DNA of 64,000 bases from Octopus vulgaris (GCA_951406725.2 OX597815.1:103602001-103666000), one strand, 5' to 3'; shown: positions 14,729-27,510, counted from the stretch's first letter. The notes: a model not told the origin generated them from the sequence alone. Made by a program: numbers and translations.

Positions 14729-14810
<82 letters not shown>

Positions 14811-14822
14811 TGTATATATATG

Positions 14823-14864
<42 letters not shown>

Positions 14865-15290
14865 CGTGTGTGTATTGCGTACGTGTGTGTATGGCTGTGT
14901 TTATGTATATATGTATGTGTGCTTGCTGCGTATATGTGTCTGTGTTAGTGTACGTGTGTCACTGCGGACGTGTGCATTATTTTACTGAAAGGTTGTTTGA
15001 TTGATATATTAATTGATTGATCGATTAGTTTGTTGATTGATTAACCGTTTGATTGTGGACCATATATTGTCAATCTGCCAATGTTGATAATTTTCACAGA
15101 CTCAAATTTAATGATTTCTCTATTAATGCAGAGATCGAATGTAGACGGTTTAGAAATACACACACAAATACACTCACTCACAGACAGGTATGTATTTGTG
15201 CGTATGTATATATTTACGTAAATATGTATGTTTGCACACACTTATGTTGTATGTGTACGTATAAGTATGTAGGTATATTGGTATGTTTAA

Positions 15291-15356
<66 letters not shown>

Positions 15357-15690
15357 GTATGTATATGTACACACATAGAGACAGACAGGCAGAAAGATAG
15401 AGAGAATAAGAAGGAGAAAGAGAGAGAGAGAGAGAGAGGGAAATATAACACCCACACACATACGAATGCACAGTTGCATACATCGGGTAGTTGCGTATGT
15501 ATGGAATGGCATACGCATCAGAATTTAAGTGACTTCGTTGGAGAATATAACCAAAACCACGCTACATTTATTAATGATATTCAAAAAAAAGTGGGAGAGA
15601 TCATTTGAAAGTATTAATTTCTTTCACATAAAATTGAATTTTTTATGCTTAGAAAGAAAAATCTCATCTTTGTTAGATGGCAACATAATA

Positions 15691-15730
15691 GCTACGGATG
15701 TTTCGGTTTATTAGAACTCATCAGTACAGC
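15691..15730 (-). ncRNA. Degenerate minimal type I hammerhead
   Basis: Minus strand gctgta-CTGATGA-gttctaataaacc-GAAAC-atc-cgtagc. Core intact, short stem II (gtt/aac), stems I and III imperfect. Confidence 0.45.
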
Positions 15731-17309
15731 ATATTCTTCTGAAGACCTCTTTGATCAGGAGAGAGCAACTTTAACAAGTAGTAAAAGTTGTAAAAGTATT
15801 GAAAAACTTTGGCCCTCATAATCTGTCTAATTGCAAAAAAAATAAAATGCGACATAAGAGAAATTGCTCAGTTAAACCAATAACGTTAATTTAATTCAGA
15901 TGGGTTTTGATCTACTGAGTGATGTACGCCAAAAAAAAAAAAAAAAAAAAGAAAATGTAAATGAACTTTTTCTTCTTAGTTGGACGAAAATATAATTAAT
16001 GGCATTTGTAAGCGACATTTAAAAATAGGAGAGATAATTTCAGGAAATTATAAATGAATTTCAGAGAATACTAAAATTTCAAAGTTAGTAGGAAAATCAG
16101 TTCGTTGTTAACAATGTAAGTGATAGCAATGGGCGGGCATATTTCGGTCGTGTGAGATCCAACCAGCCAAGTATAGTCTTCTAATCTTCTAAAGCCTACT
16201 TTGATCAATGGACACAGAGATTTTTACAAGTATCAAATTATTGCAGAAAATTTTCGCCTCAGTAATTTTCATAAATACAAGGTGTAAGCACAGACACACA
16301 CACACACACACACATACACGCACACACACACACACACACACGTACACGCATACATATACGCACACTTATGTACATGCATATCATAAATACATGCGTAATA
16401 ATTTACAGACATGCACAGATAGATTATTTGGTGCATGCATACACAGATGCATTCTCACACGCACTTGCACACATATGTATGCATAGATACATACTTGTGT
16501 CTGTGAGACAGCTGCGTGTGTATGTGGAGGCTGGAATAACAATCCTTGGTAACTAATTATCCAGGATAAATCATAGTCCAGTTCTAAAACTATAATTTAT
16601 CAAAGAATTTCACATTCGATTTAAGGTAACCATACAATAAATAAACAAAGTCGCTAAAACATGTTGATATTTCTTGCTGCAATACCATGATAAAACACAT
16701 TCCATCAGTGATCATCACGTCATTGTGCATACTGAGAAATATCGTTCTGCAATGTGTCCTTCAAATTTTCAAATTTAATAGGATGTTATTAGATTGTGAT
16801 TTGGTTAATTGATCGCATAGATCAAACGAGTATGTAAAACTAGAGCATCAAAGATTTAAAAGTATGAATCAAAGACATAAACATAAATATATTACGCTCA
16901 TATATACTCAACAACATAACTTATATTTATCAATGTAATAGTTTAAAAGCAGTTATTTAATCGTTTCGGAAGCCGATATTATATGTATGTTATATAGTTT
17001 CACATATACGTACCCAACTACTCTAACATGCACATACAAATAAATACACCCATAAGTACATTGATGCACATATATAGATATCCAGACTCATGTTAATTTA
17101 TGTACGCATATTTTATAGCACTCCTAAAATTTTAAAGATACACAAAAGCAAGCACTCGCACACGCACACACGCACGCACACACACACACACACACACAAA
17201 CTCGCACGCACTGCACATACATACGTACATACATACACAATATATAAATGCAGAGTTAGAAAGTTAGGGAGAGAGAGAGAGAGAAATAGACATACAGACA
17301 GATTAAATG

Positions 17310-17745
<436 letters not shown>

Positions 17746-18614
17746 GACAGATATACAATGACACAGAAGTCCTTTTAGCATTTAAATATTTTTTTTTCTA
17801 TTTTGCTACTATTTCAATTCTTTTATTTTGAACTATGACATTATCAAAAGATGAGAAAATATAGGAACGTATGTGAATGCACGTGGTATGTTTAAAGAAA
17901 AAATAAATTATCGCTCTTCTAAACATGTCGCTTTTCAAACGATTTAAACCTACAGGCTCATTTGAAGATATCTCAAGGTCTGCACTGCCACACACCTCAG
18001 TGAAACACAACATTCTATTACCTTTCATTATCAACCTGATCCACAGGGTTCAATGCAGGATGCTGCAAAAGTAACTCCATCTGGCAGTATTCTATCTAAA
18101 GGTGTTTAAAATCTTATGACAAGAAAACTTTTCACTTGTCAGCGGTTCATAAAATTATCTGACGATGATAAATGTACATGGCTTGCGATGTAGTGTGAAC
18201 AGGTCGTTCAGCAATAGCCTTTGATACAGACTACGTTAAGAAGGGTTTATTTAGTGATGAATAAAACTTTTCTTTCATCTTGCGCTCACTGTCAACAGGT
18301 TTAAATGTGGAGAATGGGGTTATGATCGTTACTTTCACTTGCCAAAATTTACTGTTTGGCTTGGCTACACAAGTCATTTACTTGGCTCCTATTTGTCTAT
18401 TGATACTATTATAACAAAATATTCTTACTTGAAGAAACTGAAATAAGTTTCAGTACAAGACATAAAATGGAAAAGAATATTCTTCAGCACAATTCTATGT
18501 CAACCTGGTGCGCACCTACGCAAGTGTTTTACTGTGAAATGCTTACTTAATGTATAATTTCTAAACTGCTGCTGGGGAAGACATGAACCGACTTTGGTGA
18601 TACAAATGTCTAGA

Positions 18615-18816
18615 CAGTTCTGTATTTCAGAGATGAGGAATTATGTACACAATTTACATTAATTACAATTGACGGATATATTTGTCTTCAAATTGTTTGT
18701 TGTTAACACAACGTTTCGGCTGATATACCCTCCAGCCTTCATCAGGTGTTGCTTGGAATCGAACTCGGAATCATGGGGTTAGTAGACCGCACTCTTAACG
18801 ACTACGCAATATGCCC
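18615..18816 (-). mobile_element. tRNA-headed, hammerhead-bearing SINE (family H), left arm of an inverted dimer, internally deleted
   Basis: Minus strand: tRNA-like head gggcatattgcgtagtcgttaagagtgcggtctactaaccccatgattccgagttcgattcc (A and B boxes), followed by the HHR and tail aacaacaaac..ccgtcaattgtaa..cataattcctcatctc. Confidence 0.9.
18705..18750 (-). ncRNA. Minimal type I hammerhead ribozyme with intact core
   Basis: aacac-CUGAUGA-a-ggcug(gaggguauau)cagcc-GAAAC-GUU-guguu. Stem I 5 bp, stem II 5 bp, loopless palindromic stem III (AACGUU), as in PLE/retrozyme minimal HHRs. Confidence 0.85.
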
Positions 18817-18867
18817 ATGTCATTTACAGGAGTGGCTCACATGACTACACAAACAAATATCCTTTAC

Positions 18868-18932
18868 TAAGAGTGCTGGCTACTAACCCCAATATTCCGG
18901 GTTCGATTCCAGATAGTGACCTGAGATAGTGA

Positions 18933-18995
<63 letters not shown>

Positions 18996-19172
18996 TAACA
19001 ATAACAATAACAACAACAACAACAACAACAATAGCAATAATAATAATAACAACATCGAAAAATGCCTTAGGAATGAAGACCCAGGTTCGAAATTCCCCCA
19101 AGACACCTGGTGAAGACTGGAGGATATATCAGGCGATGAGGACAAATATCCGTCAATTGTAAATAATGTACA
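18868..19172 (+). mobile_element. Family H SINE, right arm of the inverted dimer; includes an (AAT/AAC)n tract and a damaged hammerhead
   Basis: taagagtgctggctactaaccccaatattccgggttcgattcc, (AAT)n at 18937-19053, then cgaaaaatgccttaggaatg..gacacCTGGTGAagactggaggatatatcagg (GAAA region deleted) and tail gaggacaaatatccgtcaattgtaaataatgtaca. Confidence 0.9.
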
Positions 19173-19555
19173 AATGTCTAGATCTGATTGTTATGGATTT
19201 CTTCTCTTTTCTTTTTTCTTTTTTTTTTTTTTGTCTGCTTTTGATATCAGGTCTACTCAAAGATATTCACAAAACATTGAACATTCAAATCAAAGAACCA
19301 AAGAGGAAATTATGATATACGAAAGCGAATCTTGGAACGAATTCCGTTTTGGCAGTTGAAGAATATCTAAATTATGTACTGAGTGTGTGTGTGGATATGT
19401 GAAATAATATATACTAAAGGAAATAACATTAAGCGTTTTTTCCATGAACATTTAATTTTTTTATTTACAGTTGTATTACAAAGTATTAAAATGCAAAACA
19501 GACTTTTCAATTACAATATTGCCATTCATACATGCGCACGCAGATATATGAGTTA

Positions 19556-19629
<74 letters not shown>

Positions 19630-19824
19630 TGAGTGAAATAGATAGATAGATAGATACATACATACATACATACATACATACGTATAATGAGTATATGAGG
19701 GTATAAATAAATATATACGTATGCAAATATGTATATAATATGCGTATGTGTATAAACTTATATGCGCACGCACACGTGCGCGTGTGTGTATGTGTGTGTT
19801 TTGTGTGTGAGAGAGTGATAGTTA

Positions 19825-20094
19825 GTATGAGCTTGTTTTCGTGGGCGTATACTCGTGAAAGCTGAATACGCAAATCCATTATTCGTGCATAGAAACACAT
19901 GACATGAATTTTTCTATTCGCAAGACACTTGGAATTACAGGCACATTAATGAGCACACGCCCTATAAACCGGCCATGCACACAAACACGCAGACATGCAT
20001 GCACATGCATATATTGCATACACACATGTTTATTCAAAAAACATAGGTACATATATGAATATATATAAATATATATATATATATATATGTATAA

Positions 20095-20140
<46 letters not shown>

Positions 20141-20266
20141 TTTTATAAATACGCACACACACATACAGAGAGACAGACAGACAGACAATGAAAGAGAAAC
20201 AAACTGATTGATATACGTACTAATATATCTATATAGGTATATATATATTGACGTATTATTTGTACT

Positions 20267-20335
<69 letters not shown>

Positions 20336-20717
20336 ATCTACAGACATATGTACAAACACATGTGCATACGTGTGTGTGTGTATATACGCAGAAATACACA
20401 CACGATCTATGCAAATGCCTACTTTTACTCTGCCAAACGGTTTTTGAGTCAACATGTGTCATTGATTTCTGCTAGAATGTGTCATTTGCAGGAGTGGTTC
20501 ACATGACTACACAAACAAATATCCTTTACTAAACCATGGACTAGTGCTTCATTTCAGTATTGCTGGCTTGACAGCTACCTCACGTTGATATAAGCCTGTG
20601 TAGTGTACAATAACATGTCCTTATTTCTCAGACTTACACGTTTACAGGTCTATGTACCTATCTATCTATCTATTTCTCTCTCTCTCTCTCTTTCTCTCAC
20701 TCTCTCTCTCTTTCTCG

Positions 20718-20785
<68 letters not shown>

Positions 20786-20852
20786 ATGCAGGTATGTATA
20801 TGGACATGTATGTATGTATGTATGTATGTATGTATGGATAGATAGATAGATT

Positions 20853-20946
<94 letters not shown>

Positions 20947-21210
20947 CAGACAGTATGAACTTGTTTTCGTGGGCGTATACTCGTGAAAGCTAAATACGTA
21001 AATCCATTATTCGTGCATATCATAGAAACACATGACATCAATTTTTCTATAGGCAAGACACTTGGAATCGCAGACACATTATTGAGCACAAGCTCTATAA
21101 ACCGGCCATACACACAAACACGCAGACATGCATGCACATTCATATATTATATACACACATATGTATATTCAAAAAACATAGGTACATATATGAATACATA
21201 TAAACACATA
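19825..21210 (+). repeat. Local direct duplication of ~245 bp (19825-20070 vs 20952-21210)
   Basis: cttgttttcgtgggcgtatactcgtgaaagct...ctataaaccggccat...caaaaaacataggtacatatatgaata occurs twice with scattered substitutions. Confidence 0.9.
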
Positions 21211-21621
21211 TAAGAAAAAGGTATTCAACACATTTAGTAGGAGTTACATATATGACTATTTGAAACAATTTGTTACGGCTCTATGCGACTTAAAGTTTCG
21301 CACGCCACTTACAGAAACCTAGCTCGTCAAGTTCAGAAACCCGAATGGAGAAGCAGAGGAAGTCCAAGATGGCTACTGAGGAATGGGCTGCTATACATAG
21401 TGTTTTCAGAAGTGAGATCGGTATTTTAGCGACATCAGATGCATTGGAAAGGAGCGTGGCTGAGTAGTAAAACTGGTGGCGCCTGGTGTCTGGCGAAAAT
21501 TGAAGTGATTTTAGAAGCTGATTAGAAGGAAGGCCAGTGAGAGAGAGAGAGGGGGGGGAGTGAATTAGAGGGGGAGGGAATGAGAGGGCGAGGGAAGGAG
21601 AGAGGGAGGGCAAGAGAAAGG

Positions 21622-21653
<32 letters not shown>

Positions 21654-22082
21654 AAGTACACCAGATGTATTAGTACGTGGGTCTAGGTGCGTTATTAGTT
21701 GTATGGTCATGCGTGTGTGTGTATATGTACGGCACAAACTTTTGATCGTTATAAGCAAATCCTGTTTAGATGTTGTTGCGGAACCAACATCTGTCGTCCT
21801 CATACATGTGTATAATAAGCACGCTTATACGTTTATATATGTACTTACGTATGTAAGTATGTATGTATGCATGTATGTATGTATGTATGTATGTATGTAT
21901 GTATGTATATATGTATACATATATATGTATATATGTATATATGAATGTATGTATGTACATAATAATAATGTATGTGCGTATGTATGTGTTACGTATATTT
22001 ACATTGTGAATTTGTGGCTGCGTGTATGTCACTATGCCGTAGGCATTACTATTATGTTTATTTTGAATTCTTTCATTCTTTC

Positions 22083-22426
22083 ATTCTTTTATTCGTTTCA
22101 GTCATTTTCCTGCGGACATGCTGGAGCACCGCCTTTAGTCGAAAAAATCGACCCCAGGACATATTCTTTTTAAGCCTAGTACTTATTCTAACAGTCTCTT
22201 TTGCGTAAACACACCAACATCGATTGTCAAGTGATGCGTGGGGACAAACGCAGACACAAACATATCCATACATATATATATGTATATATATATCAGAATT
22301 GAACAGCCGAAATTTGCTATGATGATTCGGTGTCTGACTGAAGATTGAAGGCTTCGAATGATTTGTCTGTGTTCCGTGTTCGTCCCTTCCTGTATTTCAC
22401 GTTCATCATATATAAAAACATTCATT

Positions 22427-22520
<94 letters not shown>

Positions 22521-22531
22521 TATATATATAT

Positions 22532-22576
<45 letters not shown>

Positions 22577-22587
22577 CATATACATAT

Positions 22588-22669
<82 letters not shown>

Positions 22670-22817
22670 CGGGCTTCTTTCACTTTCCGTCTACCAAATC
22701 CACTCACAAGGCTTTGATCGGCCCGTGGCTGTAGTAGAAAACACTTGCCCAAGGTGCCATGCAGTAGGACTGAGTCGGTAAGCAAATTACTACTTACCAC
22801 ACATACACTCATGCACC
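22083..22817 (-). mobile_element. SINE family A, interrupted by TA/CA tracts and a short PLE-like insert (~22294-22430)
   Basis: Tail catgctggagcaccgcctttagtcgaaaaaatcgaccccaggac at 22117-22160 and head ttccgtctaccaaatccactcacaaggcttt..cacttgcccaaggtgcca at 22685-22817. Confidence 0.85.
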
Positions 22818-23438
22818 TATTTTCAATAAAATAAATATAAAAACTTATAAATTTCAGATTGATAGTATAAAAATATGTAAGTCATAACGGAATGGCATGT
22901 TGGAAAATATCAAGATATTCATGTTTAAATAGACTACATGTTATTTATAAACTTCTCTTAGAATGAAGTAAAAAATTTCTGTCGGAAAAATTTTTATACA
23001 CAGGTTATCTTCGTTATTAGCTTCCAGAGAGAACGGTATAACAGCGCTTGTAGTTTCATCAACATTCGTATTGTTAGAATTCTTTTTGAACAGAAGCTTT
23101 GACCAGAGAAATATTTAAGATAACTCATAATCTATTACAATATGTGCAAATTCTCTACAGATGAATGTGCTGTACTCCAAATTCAAACATTATTGATTAA
23201 ATTCAGGGAAGAGCTATACAGGTATCAATGAAAACGAAAAAAAAAAAAACATTTCCGAAATATACAATTTCCAAGATATTTTCTGCAAATTTTAGTAGAA
23301 GGCACACTATTATAGGAACATCCAACTTTTAAACCGAAAATAATACGAATACAGAAAAAGAAAAACTGCTCAACGGTAGTGATAAATATATATTTTCCAC
23401 ATCTATGTACGTCTCAGAAATTTTTATATGCTCTTTAA

Positions 23439-23478
<40 letters not shown>

Positions 23479-24446
23479 TATATATACACAGTCACACACA
23501 TGTGAATGTAGCAGTGTGTGGAGTGTATGAATGTATATGTGTATATATATATATGGGGGTGTAAGTGTGTGTGTGTACGTACTCGCAACTCTAAATATAT
23601 ATATATATATATAAATATATATATTCTAATATAAATAAGGATACATACATACATGCATACACACACACACATACACACACATATAATGAAGAACACGAAT
23701 AGGGTTTTAAATTCTCTACGGCTCTTAGGGTAGAAGTTTATTGATGCCTTTATAGATTATGTTATGGAATAAATCCACCATACGCCGGTATAATTTAAAA
23801 TAAGCAAGGGGAAACTTTGGTGGTAACATACTCCACAACAAACATGATGGATAAGTGATATTTTCAAAAAGAACAATCAAATTTATAAAGAAATCAGAGG
23901 ATTATAATGGATATTCTAGGAACAAAGGGGTCAAAACAAGCAGTTATTTTAATTAAGTTATAGCCGAGATCCATTATGCAGAAGTGCCAGGAAGCAGGCG
24001 AGCCAGCCCATAAGCATTTCTAGGAATATATCTTGTCGGTTAAGGGAGAAAAAAAGCTGACTTTGGGGTTGCAGAAAGACACAAAAATGTCATCACCATT
24101 TCACACTAGTACAGACACACGCACACACACACACACGCACACACACACAAACAACACACACACACACACACACATACACACACAGGTGCAGACATACACA
24201 TTCATATACGTTTATTGAAAGTATAAGCATACACACACATGCAGGATCTTGTCTTTCTCATTCGTAAATGAGCCCCACTTAATTTTGCTAAGATCGCTTT
24301 CAATTTTGGTGCATCGATGCAACTCTGAATTTTGATTACGACCGGCGAATTACTCGTAAATTAAAGAGTCTGGTGTTATTTGGAATTAAAGTTGGGAAAT
24401 TTGGGTAATTTTAGCCAGTCAGCAGGCAGTGTGGCATTAACAGCTT

Positions 24447-24460
24447 GTTACCATGACAAC
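24447..24460. promoter_or_regulatory. RFX X-box motif
   Basis: GTTACCATGACAAC matches the consensus GTHNYY-AT-RRNAAC at every position and lies in a repeat-free segment. Function unproven. Confidence 0.4.
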
Positions 24461-25477
24461 CGCACGCTGTGTTGTGGTTCACTGTTGTCTGTGCCGCTAT
24501 TGTCTACGTTGATTTTTCAAAGTATTTTTACATAGTTTTCATTTCATATATTTTGGTGATTCATTGTCTCCCATGGCTGGATTTATGATTTCACTAGGCT
24601 AATTCTATTCATAAAAATTTTAATTAGGAGTATTTCTTAAACGTTAGCTTCACATTTCAACAGCTTACCTGTTGAAATACATAACAGGAACTGAGAGGGA
24701 TATCGTAGAACAGAGAAATTGTGGGTGATACAAATAATTTGACATTATTTTTGAATTCTGCATGCAAAAACGTATGAGATACAGATATTCTTTTCCTTGG
24801 GACAAATTCTTTGTTGACCAATGTTATTCTTATCGTAGTTTACAAATCCAAGCATGAAAATGTTACTCAGCTTTGGACAGACGCCTCCTTTTCACACACA
24901 AACACATGCATTTATATATTAATGATGTACATAAATACATGGCAGTTATACATAATACTGCAGTACGCATAAAGTAAACCTATGCAGTCAAATATATTAA
25001 TATAACAAATTTTTAAAATGATAAAAACATACAATCAATGAAGAGACAAAAGAAACAGTAAGATGATACATGTTGATTTTATTAGGTATTTCTGTTTATT
25101 TAGAAACCAAAATGAAATTACGCATTTCTGTTTATTTAGAAACATACGATGAGCAGGTCAAACGCTAAACTTTAAATTTTACCTGATACAACCTTAATGT
25201 TGACACCGCCCCGCTCAATGCAGAAAATTTCTGTCTCACTATTGGCAAAAACTACCCATTCTTTTTTGGATTTTTAAACCTCTGTAACTTTTTCTGCAAT
25301 TTTTTTTCTCCACAGCATCATACATTCAAAGCAATGAGACTGGAAGGCTACATTATTATAGCTAATTTTCAGATTTTAACTTCCTTTTAAAAAGTGCATA
25401 TTTTGCGAATGGAAAAAAAAACTAGATCCCACACGCGCGCACACACACACACGTATATATATATATATATATATATA

Positions 25478-26320
25478 AGTTCAGCAAAAATTTAGATTCA
25501 AATGAATATGGTACTTAATTTAGATGCACCAGAATCTGGTATGGTGTTATCCATAAAAATCCGTGGGGTGATTATAATCAGAATAAGCAACAAGAATGAC
25601 TCCGATAATTATCTAGCAAAATTTGGGAACTAAAAACAAATAATATAGAATTCAACCCAAAATGGGATATAGTAAGAAGGGCGCAACCTTATAGAAATAG
25701 TAGGGATGGTTGTCAACTTTGTTCTATGGAAACTTATGAATTTTTGAAACATCAGAGTAATACAAATCTGTTGAATAACATCGTACAACTCGAACGTTTA
25801 AATACTTTAAATAATAATTTTCTGAGTATTCCTATATTTTTCAAATTTTAATTCTTTATAATCAAATAAGGACCACTTGACATTGACCTAGTTCTCTCAT
25901 CAAATAGTAGTAATTGGCATTTAGTAGTGACAATTGCTGTCCTCCACATGAAATCCTTTTATGGAACTCTGAAGCCCCCTTTACCCCATTTCTATAATTT
26001 GAAAATCTTTATTGCTTTCTTCAACCTATTCCTCACAACTTTACAGCAGTCTGGAACAACCAAATCTTAGTCAGTCAGTTGAGGGACTCCACTACCTCAT
26101 ATATTCTTAAAATTTAAATCCACATCTTTGTCTATATATCTACCTTCTCTATAATGTTGCCACTTGATTTGAAAATTTTTGTATTAATGGAAAACCTCTA
26201 TAATTGGCTGATGAGTACTCATCATCTTAAATATGTTGTAATACTTACAACATTTAATAAAATGATGTAGTACGAAACGATCTTACCAAATTACCGGAGT
26301 CATTCTTGTTGCTTATACTG
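25478..26320. mobile_element. PLE-like non-autonomous element with head-to-head inverted 3' ends
   Basis: 25494-25610 is the reverse complement of the family tail (cf. 3410-3529). 26201-26320 is the plus-strand HHR and tail. Confidence 0.7.
26201..26293 (+). ncRNA. Type I hammerhead with extended stem II
   Basis: taattgg-CTGATGA-[gtactcatcat..atgttgtaa tac ttacaacat..atgatgtagtac]-GAAAC-gatc-tTA-ccaaatta. One stem III mismatch; the 3390 copy retains GTA. Confidence 0.75.
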
Positions 26321-26321
26321 A

Positions 26322-26368
<47 letters not shown>

Positions 26369-26632
26369 CATTTATGTACATATTTCTCTATGTGTGAATA
26401 CTTGCATGATCTTATACGCGCATACTCATATAATACACTCATACATAAATGCCTACATACACATGTAGGTAGGTGGGTAGGTAGGTAGGTAGGTAGGTTG
26501 GTTGCTAGGTAGGTAGGCAGGCAGGAAGGAAGGAAAGTAGGGTTTGAGAGGGCAAACAGCAGTGCAAAAAACAATTTCGATACATGTGAATATATAACTT
26601 CACATATAACTATATATATATAAGTGACAAGA

Positions 26633-26692
<60 letters not shown>

Positions 26693-26833
26693 CGTTGACG
26701 TGTCTGAAGACTTTCCTGACATACATGAAGTTGGGTTTAGTCACTGTGCATCGACTTGGCTGAGCAATGCCTTGTGTGTGAATTTGTTTAACCAAAACTG
26801 AAAAAAGACCATTCATTCACAAGCACACAAATA

Positions 26834-26903
<70 letters not shown>

Positions 26904-26904
26904 T

Positions 26905-27130
26905 GGTTGCTTGCATTTCTCTCCCATCACACAACCCCTTGGAAACCGGTGTCCGTTTGTTTACCTCCTTCTGAATGAGCGGTTCGACAGACGAAACCGA
27001 TGAAACAGATGAAAGTAGTAGTCTTTTAAATGAAAGGCCTGTGGTCGATTATTCGACTAAAGGTTTCAAGGCATTGCTCTATCATCACCACAGTCCGTTG
27101 ACTGAAACAAATAGAGATAAAAAAAGAAAA
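26905..27130 (+). mobile_element. SINE family A, 3' half, diverged
   Basis: agcggttcgacagacgaaaccga..gtggtcgattattcgactaaagg..gactgaaacaaatagagataaaa. Confidence 0.7.
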
Positions 27131-27209
27131 GATATCACACACACACACACACATACACACACTCACCTACATATATATATATATATTGACATTTTTTCTT
27201 TTTTTTTCG

Positions 27210-27510
27210 AATGTAATCATGTTTCATCATGTAAGTGTCACGGTCTTAGAATATGTCGAAAGCTCTGTCTATTGGCTTTTTGTGTGTCTGATACTTTGTA
27301 TTTGGTAGTGACTTCATGACATTCTTGCTGCGTGGAGTGATATCGCGTGGCTGCGTGGGTTGCGAATGCTAATTAATTCATATGTTTTGTTTTTTTTATA
27401 CTGGATGTATCGTGTTGAAAAATATTTGCTAGATTTCAACGTTATTTTGTTGATATTTATTAATTTCTTTTGTGTGTTGGAAATTAATGTGGGTGGACCG
27501 TCCATTATTT
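27210..27510 (-). pseudogene. Probable degenerate PLE GIY-YIG C-terminal fragment
   Basis: Frameshifted minus-strand translation with remnants TLKSSKYF..KNKTYEL..ATRY..ECH..TELSTY, similar in layout to 48250-48436. Confidence 0.35.
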
